DNA of 64,000 nucleotides from an uncultured virus (IMG/VR IMGVR_UViG_3300027631_000011) (lineage: Duplodnaviria; Heunggongvirae; Uroviricota; Caudoviricetes), in the IMG/VR virus record IMGVR_UViG_3300027631_000011; one strand, given 5' to 3'. The notes under the pieces were generated by a model that was not told where the DNA came from, made no database searches, and worked only from the letters and a program-made list of their open reading frames with translations. A program made the translations under genes and the position numbers. Shown here piece by piece: positions 57,801-64,000 of the stretch (position 1 is its first letter; each line of letters opens with the position of its first letter).

Positions 57801-60386
57801 CATATAAGGAGTTGCAGTATCTTTTGGGTTAGCGTTCATTTTAATATAACCACTACCACTTAGACCTGTTGATACAATAACTTGTCCTTCATCATATGTT
57901 TGAGCTGATGATGCTAAATCACCTACAAACTCACCTTGTTGACCACTACCATATGCTCTTTGAACATATATCCTACCATGTACTTCTTCGGCTCCCGAAT
58001 TATCACCATCAATAGATGCTGATTCGATTAGTAGATATTCTGTTTGAAATCCAGTTCCATCTACTTTTTTAGCTAATAAGATTTCACCTACAGCAAAACC
58101 ACTCGCATTCTTAACAGACATTGTAGTTTGAGTTGATGTGATATTTGAACCTGTTAGGGTTGTAGCATTAGTAACCCATAATTGTCCACCAACGGCGTTT
58201 ACGGATTCTTTTTCAAAGGTAGTTGTTCTTAATGTACCTCTGATTCTAATATTCTCAAACTCCGCCGTTCCATTTCCTTCAGATGAAATCTTCCATCCCT
58301 TTACACCACTTGCGAAATCTCTTGTCTGTAAGATACCTGCCGGTCTCATTACTAAATTACTACCTTGTATAGTATTTGGTGTAATATCCCATCCACCTAT
58401 AGATGCTGATTTAAACGAAGCAAACCCTTGGTCTGTGATAGATGAACTGGCATTTCCTACTGTTGATGGATTACCACCAATTGTTGCTGGAGTTTGGATA
58501 CTGTTAGCAGATACTGAACCTAATATAGTTACATTATCAGTAATAGTACCACCTTGTAATAATACTTTTGATGCTGTTATGTTACCATCGGCCTTTAATC
58601 TTAATGATTCATCGGCTGATTTAATTTCTGATTCGTTTACCGTAAACCCTGCTATAGAAGCGGATGTAAACTTAGCAAAACCATCTTGTGTTATAGATGA
58701 GGATGCATTATTTATGTTTGATGGAGCTCCATCAATGATTGCAGGAGTAAATATTCTATCGGCAGATAATCCCGCTTTAATTACGGCATCGGCCCCAATT
58801 GTTAATAAATTGTTCTTAGGGTCTAAGTGAAATAATGATGAACTAATTTCTATGTTAGAATCAGAACCACTTATAAATTGTGAGTTTTCTGTACCAATGA
58901 AAAACTTATCTGTTTTAACATCTAACAAACCACCATTTGCGGTTGTGAATATAAGGTGTCTTTCATCGTTATCACCGATGAATTGCATACCAACACCTTC
59001 TAAGGTATCCGCACCCATTTGTAGATTACCAGAACCACTATAGATTACAAATCCACCTGGAGCTTTTCCTAAAGATGCTGATGTTTGTCCTTCAAATCCC
59101 ACAGAACGCATAAACCCACTACTCGCACCACCAAGTTCTATACCAGTTCCTACAGTATTAGATACGAAGATAGAACCACTAATTAAGTTTTGTGAACCAC
59201 CAATATAGGAATTACCACCTTGAAATACAAATGGGCCTATATTAGTTTCTGTTCTTGATATCTCACCAATTGAGTTAAGATATTGTATTTTTAATAATTT
59301 AGGGTCTTGTAAGTTTTCAGATGGCATTGGTATCTTCACACTAAATGAAGAACTAAATGGTACTGCCACTTCGTTTAATAATTCAAACTCACCCGGTAAC
59401 CCATCTGATTTTTGAAGTACTTTTATTTTATCAACCACACCAACTATCGGGTCTACATTGTTAAACGAAATGTTTACAAAAGAACGTTGATTTTCCGTAG
59501 ATACGTTTGAGCTAGTTCTAAAATACTCTATCTTATAGTCAGACTCTTCTACAGAATCATAAGTATGTTTTAACCCTTCTCTATTTTGAAAAGAAGCAGT
59601 GTATGGGTTATTTAACTGAATCGTTGTTGTGTTAGTTACTCTCTTAATAGAACCACTAAAGAAATTTAAATTAGTAGGTTCTTCTTTTGATTTAGGAGTA
59701 GCTGGAGTTGTAAAGTTTGATAAAAGAATAGAACTATCTTGCATCTCTTGATTAAAAGTAGTACCATCTGTTATCTGTACAATTGGAGTCTTACCTTTAA
59801 ATATGTATCTAACTTTACCTTCTTGAACGGTTAAATCTAAATCATTACCACTCTGTGGTTGATTTTGATAACTTTCAATACTTTCAGATAATATTAGTGA
59901 TGGAGTTATCCCATTTGAATTAAAGATAATAGGAGTTGTACTACTTCTATCTCTATCAACGTTTACTTTAGTCTGCCATCTTACATTAAGTTTGTTTTTG
60001 TAAGAAGCTGGTACTGGTAATCCATCTACATCATTATTAGCCACACCAACTAATGTAATAGTAGCCTCACCGTTTGGAGTATTATCATCACCTTTATCAT
60101 GATATACCCAAATGGAAATTACCCTACTCTTATCATCTTCGATATAATCGGGTATTTCATAATATATAGGGTTTCCGTTAGAATCCCTAACATCTATAAA
60201 TATTTGTGTGTCTTCTTTTAGGTTAGTAGGGTGACCTGAAATCTTAATAAGGTTCTTACCCTTTGTAAGTATTTGTGGTACATCTGATACTCTAAAATAA
60301 TTAGGCGATGATGATGTCTTATCATCAACTAATACTGTTATGTTATCAACTCTATCTCTAAAAGATTTTTTAAAAACTAAAGGCAT
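42843..60386 (-). CDS. Giant (5847 aa) tail fibre/adhesin with a C-terminal S74 chaperone domain
   Basis: Single uninterrupted ORF with GGAG SD and Ser/Thr/Gly-rich repeats; C-terminal TSDERLKENV...GVIAQEIEKVLPEVV...YEKIVPLLIEAIKE. Confidence 0.85.
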   Translation of the reverse strand: MPLVFKKSFRDRVDNITVLVDDKTSSSPNYFRVSDVPQILTKGKNLIKISGHPTNLKEDTQIFIDVRDSNGNPIYYEIPDYIEDDKSRVISIWVYHDKGDDNTPNGEATITLVGVANNDVDGLPVPASYKNKLNVRWQTKVNVDRDRSSTTPIIFNSNGITPSLILSESIESYQNQPQSGNDLDLTVQEGKVRYIFKGKTPIVQITDGTTFNQEMQDSSILLSNFTTPATPKSKEEPTNLNFFSGSIKRVTNTTTIQLNNPYTASFQNREGLKHTYDSVEESDYKIEYFRTSSNVSTENQRSFVNISFNNVDPIVGVVDKIKVLQKSDGLPGEFELLNEVAVPFSSSFSVKIPMPSENLQDPKLLKIQYLNSIGEISRTETNIGPFVFQGGNSYIGGSQNLISGSIFVSNTVGTGIELGGASSGFMRSVGFEGQTSASLGKAPGGFVIYSGSGNLQMGADTLEGVGMQFIGDNDERHLIFTTANGGLLDVKTDKFFIGTENSQFISGSDSNIEISSSLFHLDPKNNLLTIGADAVIKAGLSADRIFTPAIIDGAPSNINNASSSITQDGFAKFTSASIAGFTVNESEIKSADESLRLKADGNITASKVLLQGGTITDNVTILGSVSANSIQTPATIGGNPSTVGNASSSITDQGFASFKSASIGGWDITPNTIQGSNLVMRPAGILQTRDFASGVKGWKISSEGNGTAEFENIRIRGTLRTTTFEKESVNAVGGQLWVTNATTLTGSNITSTQTTMSVKNASGFAVGEILLAKKVDGTGFQTEYLLIESASIDGDNSGAEEVHGRIYVQRAYGSGQQGEFVGDLASSAQTYDEGQVIVSTGLSGSGYIKMNANPKDTATPYMDIVERTGSGLFDAQLKVRLGDLSGLANSDYVFGNPNPGFGLATDNVFLQGGIIANTGSIAGIKMTDGKLFTGNGSYGNSNTGFYVDSDSQFSLGNKLVWNPTTEALVIRGQLQLSDGSDVGSALAEATSSNTSKTVSLGASSYVITFNSLGNQDPAGQSITLTATEQNHVGTVYYEFRKGGSLQGARGTSNTFVADQSSEQPSATTPVTYEVKTFEVASGGSQIASDTLTLFGVQAGASGSDGTSGQDGVDAVTAFLTNEAHTFAANPDKSIVSLTGGSTDMIVFEGITDKTTSYSYSRSSSTSVSSSISSNTVTVTSMAHDSGSIIITATSASTSLSKTMSLSKAIAGQTGSDGTDGTDGLDGTSAKTLVASIDSQVMAFDDSSDTSATPTEVVFSFNQQNLNAAIGSSDITISTAGGNVTNFGFDNNSVTNSSGKHSGISSGSISFTGALNSGGLNSTKSNFPVAISITKDGLSDSIKLFKVEGGADGTAGADGTDAVTTFLTNESHTFTAESDGTIISFIGGSTDMEVFEGVTNSTANYTISSSRGLGVTATDSGKTVTISGMTHDSGSVTITATSASVSLSKSMSLTKSKQGTAGLAGSDAKILTVSSDSQVFSFPSASSSTAIDNDILITINQQNLSGTVGGGDFTIVDANGSTLSDPTLSASVTDGSGQVTGTITFSGTASGDKTKLPLTITVSKDSLEDSIKIFGIDGGNEGQDGAAGADAVTTFLTNESHTFPADSSGSIASFVGGSTNMEIFEGITNKTSLYTISSSVSLGVTATDNSNTVTIGGMNHDSGSVTITATSASVSLSKIMSLTKARQGSDGSDGTSAKLLIGSLDSQVFAFTDSTDTTSEPEKVFFSYQQQNLSAAIVAGDLTITTAGGSNITNFDFNNSDISSGTGIVSGSIVFSQALNNGGVAGTKSNLPITVSATKDGLQDSVRVFKVEGGSDGTDGESARTMILTNESHTFAAQPNGTIISFTGGDTDVEVFTGTSNTTSDYSISAASTTSVSSSVSSNTVTVTSMGHDSGSVVVTATSASVNLQKLFSLTKAKQGADGEDGASGDKFADTSISTTINLSTLNIDDTITFTADTGLAWTAGLTAVVAYDGSNSITGTVNSYNSSNGSMSINVDSIVGTSTQTAWTLNLGGTAGPQGVSGVSAKSLVASTDSQVFSFLSASDSTAEPTSIIFSFNQQNLNDSIGSSDVTITAGDGTNITGFGFDNNSVTDGTGIASGSISFSSGTSAGGLNSDKTKLPVTISVTNDSLTDSIKVFKVEGGTSGTDGTDGSDAVTTFLTNEAHTFASQNDGTIVSFSGAQTDMEVFEGVTNKTSVYTFSKSDGLGVTSSITGKTVTVSGMTHDSGSVTITAVSASTSLSKTMSLVKSKQGTAGLAGADAKLLTITSDSQVFAFPSASSSTPEDNDILLIINQQNLSGTIGGSDITIKDSGGNTLTDPTFVASVTDGTGQVSGSITFSGMGSTVGGVKTKLPLTIEVTKDGLEDSLKIFKVEGGTSGTDGTDGSDAVTAFLTNESHTFPADSTGAIASFVGGSTEMEVFEGVTNKTSLYTISSSRGLGVVATDSGNTVTVSALGHDSGSLTITATSASVSLSKTMSLTKARQGADGDDGTSAKLLAGSLESQVFSFLSASDNTSDPSEIIFTFNQQNLNGTIGSGDITISTAGGNVTNFDFDNNDVSSGTGVVSGSISFAGALNSGGLNSTKSNLPVTITATKDGLSDAVKIFKVEGGASGTDGTPGADGVSAVTAFLTNDSHTLPLSSSNTIISLTGASTEIEVFEGTSNKTSLYTVTQNTPSHFTTTLSGNELTITSGSFPHTGSIVLTATSASVSLAKTMSISVARQGDDGTDGQDGSNGVNGTSAKILTITSDSQVFGFDNSVDTTATPSSIVFTVAQQNLAHTIDTGDITITKAGSSTLTTPSLSGTVSGGTGQQTFTVPFSSLTKSDLPLTVSVSNNANNLSDSTKIFKVVGGDTGSDGAAGAAGSDAVTTFLTNEAHTFAAQNNGTIVSFVGATTDMEVFEGVTNSTDNYTFTRTNGTGVSSTISTNTITITAMTHDSGSVDITATSGSTSLTKTMSLVKSKQGTAGLAGADAKSVSLIADSQTFAFDNSVDTTATPSSVNFVVNQQNLSGTIATSDITITKAGGSAFTTPTLGGSVTDGSGTRTFTLPFSSFSKSDLPLSISVSKDSLSDSAKIFKIVGGDTGSDGSAGTDAVTAFLTNESHTFAADFSGSIASFVGGSTDMEVFEGVTNKTSEYTFTRTSTTSVSSSISSNTVTITSMGHDSGSVVVTATKGATSLSKTMSVVKSRQGGVGATGATGAAGTNAKVVSLLANKSVITYNGSDVETPSSQNITLTATDQNHSGTVYYEFLKDGSSQQNSTTATFTINTTAEKPTSTGNVSYVVKTREGGTSGTVIAEDSVSIFGVKSGLDGTAGSDGTSAITAFLTSDGDIVPAASDGTVSSFVGSGTEMIIFQGATDVSSDYTVTRTNSTGLSSTLSTRVLTITALTPDSGSVILTATSASGNVGQVQISKTYSIGKSKQGDTGDTGAAGSNAKTVTVGASSNIFVKAQDGTLSPSSITITANGQNLTANGAFSNTGGTLSSTSVSTSGGSTTVTSGNFSNGMVVTYTAAGADGSITDSVTLNELDEGSGNITAILDNEAHVLPASAAGAVSSYANSGTTIRCFEGATALTFVTGTPGTGEFGVSVGNTANITEGSITDSGTFCTIGNHSGAADGTDQYVITYTISGKTLNGSNFTTFTKTQSLTKSKVGATGPQGNPGANNQDFSFLGASLTGIGPIGSAGLLMTSNVFGFHNGISGTNGALTDFTSFLDSSGNFYLGGNASGASNPTDGYFAWNNTDKSLLISGSKATIDVDKFFVGTKTTQFISGSNGNIEISSSKFHIKPDGDIIVKKVTAEDGTIGGFTLSDTQINSSNNNLILKASGQVTASTLLLTGGTVAGMPVSSDEIAVGEVLKLKQSGQITGSSVLFSGGNIGGFQLENSSLYQNPTALPLLSASFQLKQSFGDYGNVPPFEYSIKFASQNFYIDDLETNCPTEYLGELIKSGSILSSSNFGSAPQGLFQYGTNYQNETKFVVVESFDPKSGFMKLGHNYRLGYYSVFSGGPGTTRVHVVQGVGFNAQYTDGTNDGGASTSNYTAFNKLNETKNLTLDDKVTTKLILSSSAEIKSEIGKIGSFTITGSNVVVTDDVLDREPIYDFRVYVSETLPNAALSAPRADTNNGTPLQLYIGDEFWDISTITNVGENGSTNEGYGYYLAISSSARSSSNLVYDQSQLNGLGMFTGSAAAQSGQNISGWPRGGTSGGSTTLLDHRGFSYIPPTTNRLGQNENWYLKYFDTTTLQSGDTDDFINARVTFLSESITNTFNKFTVFAQTASVVGNYSDRDEHEGALSLQFVSTNASPIGEELPSEGFYAQALLIDGGGSKMSQLATTSSLASSYHSSQFVSFVTNESKANFYESQAIEKGLPVATVDLVTKLTIDGKYIQQIINQTTASSIYAGNSVANYWGRSSSDGITLEELIKESPFLYNPNLANNGITDRDYAALQSAAVTIAGNYTNTNLASQFEEAGNGGFEMVGSASMHFMPYYDIDQFDKQSTGFISGQDGFLPYYGAPEYSFPNFITSAESEGGSNISYTMRNPGSGKHMLVLDKGYILNPLVNLAISNLNKLLPNSPTTGFNGQSTGEGEEQNDTLFTWDKYRIDASGTYNDTSNSRRFGIPFEVSHTYVTGSVSRSTKMILKNAIYPENIAVRGEINAEGLRSRVIEGIEQSINNLLGETGDDTFDITERISDNVVQTNATSELLSVLQSDGGIDGSSEEFFVKLSFAEESKFGEGTIRMGTTSGSLRNSTVLSISSSGEISSSNYIQKPDGQVTGSKINFTGGKISGSDMSIFANEFEFKDDNNNGIIKGNKTTFEISSSLFNLKPTSLDVKGNIQAEQVYGQDTFLAGKVVNTGVINPNSITVKYNLPFVEAYSQDSNDTRLTGSTVESGFIMSGSSTILSQTGSRIQGNHVRFTLSSNLQSTPQFLTPITADGVGYPEEFKSWKDISGVNNDYVFVSNTSARTAADASASLSANLIGNQLVFNEATSSALLFQSSSNSFQSMTTDTINLFDVLKEDRRNVHLQFAVRGTAHPSTGSFNGYNPEYQVQVLDTSGSNVVWEKTYKDTKATHKNWAVFDVPMTDIATFYKQNIEFNKSTGSFDEGTYLGNPQSSGLKVKINMRYSGSRLMSQRITEGTRFGGKNTANESFTLGFALTEMRMVEPVRATSIDTQTVHFKDTYMTWHDNPATTGHYGNFVPEFTSSATTSSFALGAPTEKWESIYLDLKEDNQYPVETLVGDVSQSNKFVRINTHTGKLTFTSASVGSGGGGGSSYSLPTATASTLGGIKVGTNLSISNGVLSATDNDTTYSVGDGGLTQKNFTSTLKTKLDGIATNANNYSFPYTVSAAAGNSTVVQRNSSGYIFGNFLNMTGTFANSGATGTLSFFTGTNGSDNYGRSWTPAQARTALNVADGANVGLPLSGGTMTGAIAMGNQNITGINNLVINDPGPTEGISWNGGNTKIVESPDDLTTNSAGNLQFVFDDTRRMSITSTGADINGNLSLSGDLTASGNQVITAATQADVKFSVWSGTTYGIGMVSAVTLGYLNDYATTFVMNNDADRGWWWGYKDQTKSTGAMSLTTDGRLYVKSSIQAAILSGTGNRMVIANANGELSTQAIPSGGGGGGSSDISMDGSTANGLITYGGTDNIDVETNLTFDGTNLVTSSGPTGGRLRFGDGTYSSPTYAFAGDTDTGMWLGGAADLRFSVGGVTRMQLNANGLRIDDAIGVNVAASSTDGRIDAGNDIVAYSTSDERLKENVKTIDSSLSKVLQIRGVEFDWKELTEEEKKTIHGNEGHDVGVIAQEIEKVLPEVVTERENGYKAVKYEKIVPLLIEAIKEQSDTIEKLTERINKLEKGSNN
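49430..57430 (-). repeat. About 11 two-domain repeat units with Gly-X-Y linkers inside the giant fibre
   Basis: AVT(A/T)FLTNE(S/A)HTF-type starts recur 11 times, alternating with AKxL...DSQVFxF domains and GSDGTDG-type linkers. Confidence 0.9.
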
Positions 60387-60412
60387 TCAATCTCCATCTA
60401 TTCTTTTTATAA

Positions 60413-63400
60413 CTATAAATATCTAATTGATGAAAATCCATCAACTTTTGTGATATCAATAATTTGGTCTACCATATCTCTTGTTTTATCGATATGGGAA
60501 ATTGTAACTATAAAATCAAATTGATTCTTTAGGTAATCGAATAATAAATATAGAGAATTAAAGTTATCCGTATCTAAAGAACCAAATCCTTCATCAATTG
60601 CTATGAAGTTTGGACGTGGTAAATTTGATACATTTACTAATGCGGTTCTGATAGCCACAGATGAAATAAATTTCTCCATACCACTTGTTAACTCTAATGG
60701 CCAAAACTCATCCGTTCCGTATGCGATAGATGAATTTATATTTCTACCATCTGTACTTAGTATGATTTGAAAATCTACAATAGGTTGTAATATATTATTT
60801 ATCTCTACTTCTAACTTAGGAAGTATGTCTGAAATCAACTGATATGGTATCCCATCTCTCTTTACACATTGCAGATAATATTCATATCCTTCATATTTTT
60901 TTTCCATACCTTCCAACTTATCAATAGAATCATTTACAGTTTGAATAGTATTTTCAGCAATTCGTATATTACCATTAATATCAATTATTTCATCATTTAT
61001 TTCAAATATTACAGAATCAATTTCATCTAAATCTTCTTTATATTTAATAATTTGATTTTGTATTTTTTCATTATGCTCTACAGATTCCTTCTGTTCTAAA
61101 GATTTATCTATATCATCTACAACGGATTTTAGTTTTGTTTTTAACTCAGTATGTTCTAAATTACAAGATTTATTAGTTAGTTCTAACTTATCTTTTTTAA
61201 TCTGTAGTGAGTCTTTTTTTGTTTTTAAATCCTGTATAGTATTTAATACACTGGTAACATCATATTTAAATTTATCTAAATTTAATTTTTTTATTTCGTT
61301 ATTTTTAGATATAATTGAGTTTTTCAAAGTAATTATTTCTGATTCTAAAGATTGGGCCTTTTTTGCAAATGGTGTATTTTGATTCTTTACACAATGTTCA
61401 CAGTCATCATCAAATGATAACGAACCAATTCCATCTAAATGCTCTGTAGCGTGTTCTAAATCAGAATTAAGTACCTTTATCTCAGAATCTATCACCTCTA
61501 CTCTATTTACAATAGTCTCATACTGTAAGTGTTTTGTTTTCAATTCCAACAAATCATACGAATTATATTTAAATTCTACTTCGCTGAGTTCATCGGTTAA
61601 ATTACTTAACTCACCCGCATATCCAACACATTCTTCTGATTTTTCTGATATCTTAGTGGCTAATTCATTTTGTAATTGTATTAGAGATTCTGTATCTATT
61701 ACTGTATTATCTACCGATTTTAACTTTGATGTTAAGTCATAAATATTAGAACGAGTTTTAACTCTTTTATCGTTATATTCCTCAAATCTACGTTTTGTAG
61801 ATTTTAGTATAATAGTATTCTCTTTTAATTCTTTCTTAGCATCTACCAACTTATCAGTAAAGTTTTGGTTCTTATAATCTTTTAGTAGAGCACTTAACTC
61901 TCTAATCTCTTCGTTGGCTATTTGATACAGTTCTTCAAATATATTCATATCTAAGAATTGGGCAAGTAGTTCTTTTTTTTCTTTCTGTGATTTCTCAATG
62001 AACCCACTACTGTTAGATTGGTTAGACATTGCGGTTAGTATAAAATCTTCATATGAACCAACATATTGTCTAATGATAGAGTTGGTATCTCTCCTCTCTT
62101 CACCATTCAATGAATGAGTAACACCATCTATAATACAATAAAAATCAACATCAACCTTTACAGTTCCCCTCTTAGGTGATTTCTTACCAATCCTTTCAAT
62201 AAAGTAATCAACACCGTTTATTTCAAAATTTATCTTACAATTAAACTTTGATTTAGAATAGTTTAGTACATCCAATGCTTTGTTTGTACGAGAACATTTA
62301 TCAAATAAACAGAATGATAGAGCATCCCATAGTGATGATTTACCACTAGCGTTTGGAGCGAAGATTCCATAAGCACCTTTCATTTGTGAGAAATCAACTA
62401 CATTGTTTGTACCATATGAAAACATATTAGAAAACTCAAATGTTTTTGGTTTCCATATAATATTCTTCAGACCCGGTCGAGCTCCTAACTTATTGTTGAT
62501 ATCTTGATTAATACCACCAATAATCTCTAATTCTTCTTTACCAACCACATATCTATCCGATAGATAACCTTCTATAAGTTGGTTTTGAAATGCGATATCT
62601 CTTACATTCTGAAGAACTATAGATGATGTTTGAGAACCATCCTTTGTATCAGCTAATACCTTCTGTATTGATACTTCTTGTACTTTTGTTTTAGATTTTA
62701 ACTCAGATAATATTTTTTTTAATTGAGATTGAGATGTATCTTTTGCTCTAATTCTCATTCGAGATTTGTTTGGTATCTTTGGATTACCAATTACCTTACC
62801 ATCCTCAACATCAATGGTCACATACCCATAATCGTTGTGAATTGGAACGAATTCCGATTCTTTGGTTTGAACATCCCATACTAAGATTCCATGCTCAGGA
62901 TACTTAGCTTCAGCATGATTCTGCATAATTGTAGAACCACAATACTTAATCGTACCCTCATCGTTTAGTGATTGATTTGGTACGTGAATATCACCTAATA
63001 GTACTAAATCGTATCCATCAAATGAATCTACTTTTACGTTTTTATTCTCTAATTGGAATCCGTATTCTGTTTTTACCTTATCGACAGGAGCGTGATATAA
63101 AGCAATCTTATAATCACCATGTACCTCTTCAGATGGAATAATCTCCTTAGATTCCCCAAAAACCGATGAGTGTGAAAAGGAAATTCCACCCATCTTCCAA
63201 ACTCCATCATCCTTCAGATAATGTAGATTTGAATGGTTTAGTGCATTTACTATTGGTGATAACGCATCTAATCGAGATGGGTTATTTAGGTTAGCATCGT
63301 GGTTACCTGGTATCAAAATGGTTGGTAACATATCTGATAAGTTCTTTAGAAATGTTTGTGTCATCTCTATAACTTCAGGAGTCATATCCGTTTTTGCGTG

Positions 63401-63583
63401 AACAATATCCCCACAAAGAACGATAACACTATCATCAGTTTTGGTGGTTTTTATGTACTCATAAAGGTTTTCGAATACTTCTCTATACTCTTTATGTCTT
63501 TTTAAATTTCTTATATGTACATCTGCTATGTGGTAAATCTTTTTGATTGTACCATCATACTTAATTCTTTTTGATTTTCTCAT
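60413..63583 (-). CDS. Fused Mre11/SbcD nuclease and Rad50/SbcC ATPase (T4 gp47+gp46-like)
   Basis: ADVH, GDIVH, PGNHD and GDIH phosphoesterase motifs; Walker A APNASGKS; CEHC zinc hook within a coiled coil; TSGMEK; IDEGFGSLD; ISH. Confidence 0.9.
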   Translation of the reverse strand: MRKSKRIKYDGTIKKIYHIADVHIRNLKRHKEYREVFENLYEYIKTTKTDDSVIVLCGDIVHAKTDMTPEVIEMTQTFLKNLSDMLPTILIPGNHDANLNNPSRLDALSPIVNALNHSNLHYLKDDGVWKMGGISFSHSSVFGESKEIIPSEEVHGDYKIALYHAPVDKVKTEYGFQLENKNVKVDSFDGYDLVLLGDIHVPNQSLNDEGTIKYCGSTIMQNHAEAKYPEHGILVWDVQTKESEFVPIHNDYGYVTIDVEDGKVIGNPKIPNKSRMRIRAKDTSQSQLKKILSELKSKTKVQEVSIQKVLADTKDGSQTSSIVLQNVRDIAFQNQLIEGYLSDRYVVGKEELEIIGGINQDINNKLGARPGLKNIIWKPKTFEFSNMFSYGTNNVVDFSQMKGAYGIFAPNASGKSSLWDALSFCLFDKCSRTNKALDVLNYSKSKFNCKINFEINGVDYFIERIGKKSPKRGTVKVDVDFYCIIDGVTHSLNGEERRDTNSIIRQYVGSYEDFILTAMSNQSNSSGFIEKSQKEKKELLAQFLDMNIFEELYQIANEEIRELSALLKDYKNQNFTDKLVDAKKELKENTIILKSTKRRFEEYNDKRVKTRSNIYDLTSKLKSVDNTVIDTESLIQLQNELATKISEKSEECVGYAGELSNLTDELSEVEFKYNSYDLLELKTKHLQYETIVNRVEVIDSEIKVLNSDLEHATEHLDGIGSLSFDDDCEHCVKNQNTPFAKKAQSLESEIITLKNSIISKNNEIKKLNLDKFKYDVTSVLNTIQDLKTKKDSLQIKKDKLELTNKSCNLEHTELKTKLKSVVDDIDKSLEQKESVEHNEKIQNQIIKYKEDLDEIDSVIFEINDEIIDINGNIRIAENTIQTVNDSIDKLEGMEKKYEGYEYYLQCVKRDGIPYQLISDILPKLEVEINNILQPIVDFQIILSTDGRNINSSIAYGTDEFWPLELTSGMEKFISSVAIRTALVNVSNLPRPNFIAIDEGFGSLDTDNFNSLYLLFDYLKNQFDFIVTISHIDKTRDMVDQIIDITKVDGFSSIRYL

Positions 63584-63999
63584 ACACCTAATAACTTATA
63601 CTCCATTAACTTTCTTAGTGAAAGTAATTCAGTATTTTTTATTTTTTCATTAATAGTTTTAAAACCCATATCTGATGGGTCTGAATCTTTTAGTTCAACG
63701 ATGTGAACTCCCACTCCATTATTCATAAGGGATTCTGCGAATCGGAGTGAGTTCTTAAAAGCATCTGAATCTAATGCTAGATATACACTTTTAACACCCT
63801 TACTAATTATTTTCTTTTGTAGTTCCGATTGTGGTGATTTACCGAACAATGGAATACTATTCATTCTAACTGCTATAGCATCAAACACTCCCTCACAAAT
63901 TACAATTGGCATATCCCAATTAACAAACATCTCAAACCCAACTACATCTTTAGATACATCTGGATTCTTATGTTTAAATGTTGTATCATAAAAACTTCT
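63580..63999 (-). CDS. DNA primase, C-terminal TOPRIM part (5' truncated by the window edge)
   Basis: The frame is open to the edge (RSFYDTTFKHKNPDVSKDVVGFEM...); ICEGVFDA, YLALDSDA and DPSDMG motifs. Confidence 0.85.
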   Translation of the reverse strand, partial: RSFYDTTFKHKNPDVSKDVVGFEMFVNWDMPIVICEGVFDAIAVRMNSIPLFGKSPQSELQKKIISKGVKSVYLALDSDAFKNSLRFAESLMNNGVGVHIVELKDSDPSDMGFKTINEKIKNTELLSLRKLMEYKLLGV

Positions 64000-64000
64000 A

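Larger units (their letters stand above)
3659..60421 (-). promoter_or_regulatory. Recurrent putative late-promoter motif ATATTTAT(A/T), about 17 copies just upstream of gene starts
   Basis: Plus-strand (t/a)ataaatat near 3659, 4822, 5429, 7948 (variant), 8309, 10849, 14668, 16798, 23131, 23834, 27088, 32451, 34374, 36948, 40497, 42827 and 60414; a further variant near 26738. Confidence 0.75.

Noticed and set aside
1176..59043. Numerous plus-strand ORFs in the track (for example 16011-16727, 20688-21386, 32747-33400, 56179-57018, 58138-58830)
   Set aside because: They are antisense shadows of codon-biased minus-strand genes, with no motifs or expression signals.
1..64000. Stop-codon reassignment, as seen in some large phages
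   Set aside because: Genes are full length under the standard code, and TAA, TAG and TGA all end genes at tight junctions.
1..64000. tRNA or rRNA genes
   Set aside because: Intergenic gaps are short (about 150 bp or less) and I saw no cloverleaf or T-loop signature; not verified with tRNAscan.

Overview
AT-rich segment of a large T4-like (myovirus) bacteriophage genome. Every convincing gene is on the minus strand. Read in the direction of transcription (64000 to 1), the order is: partial DNA primase; a fused Mre11/SbcD-Rad50/SbcC (gp47+gp46-like) gene; a 5847-aa giant tail fibre/adhesin ending in an S74 chaperone domain; an HxGH nucleotidyltransferase/ligase-like multidomain protein; modular head-associated proteins; terminase large subunit; portal; prohead protease; ribosomal protein bS21; scaffold; major capsid protein; PhoH; a fibre/cadherin-like gene cluster; an Rmt2/GAMT-like methyltransferase; neck proteins; tail sheath; tail tube; a tail-chaperone pair; tape measure; and a truncated 15-aa-repeat protein. 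bS21 inside the capsid module fits the known bS21-encoding phages with predicted Bacteroidota hosts (host inferred, not shown). Main hypotheses: (1) an SD-less phage bS21 gene among SD-led late genes, suggesting ribosome reprogramming; (2) a prfB-like +1 frameshift cassette in the tail chaperone; (3) polyproteins built from modules separated by ESVNE or MKLxDLLxE protease-site-like motifs; (4) a structured GC-rich 5' leader before a tail fibre gene; (5) an Rmt2-like methyltransferase preceded by IHF-consensus sites; (6) a window-wide ATATTTAT promoter-like motif. All calls come from reading motifs by eye; no searches were run.
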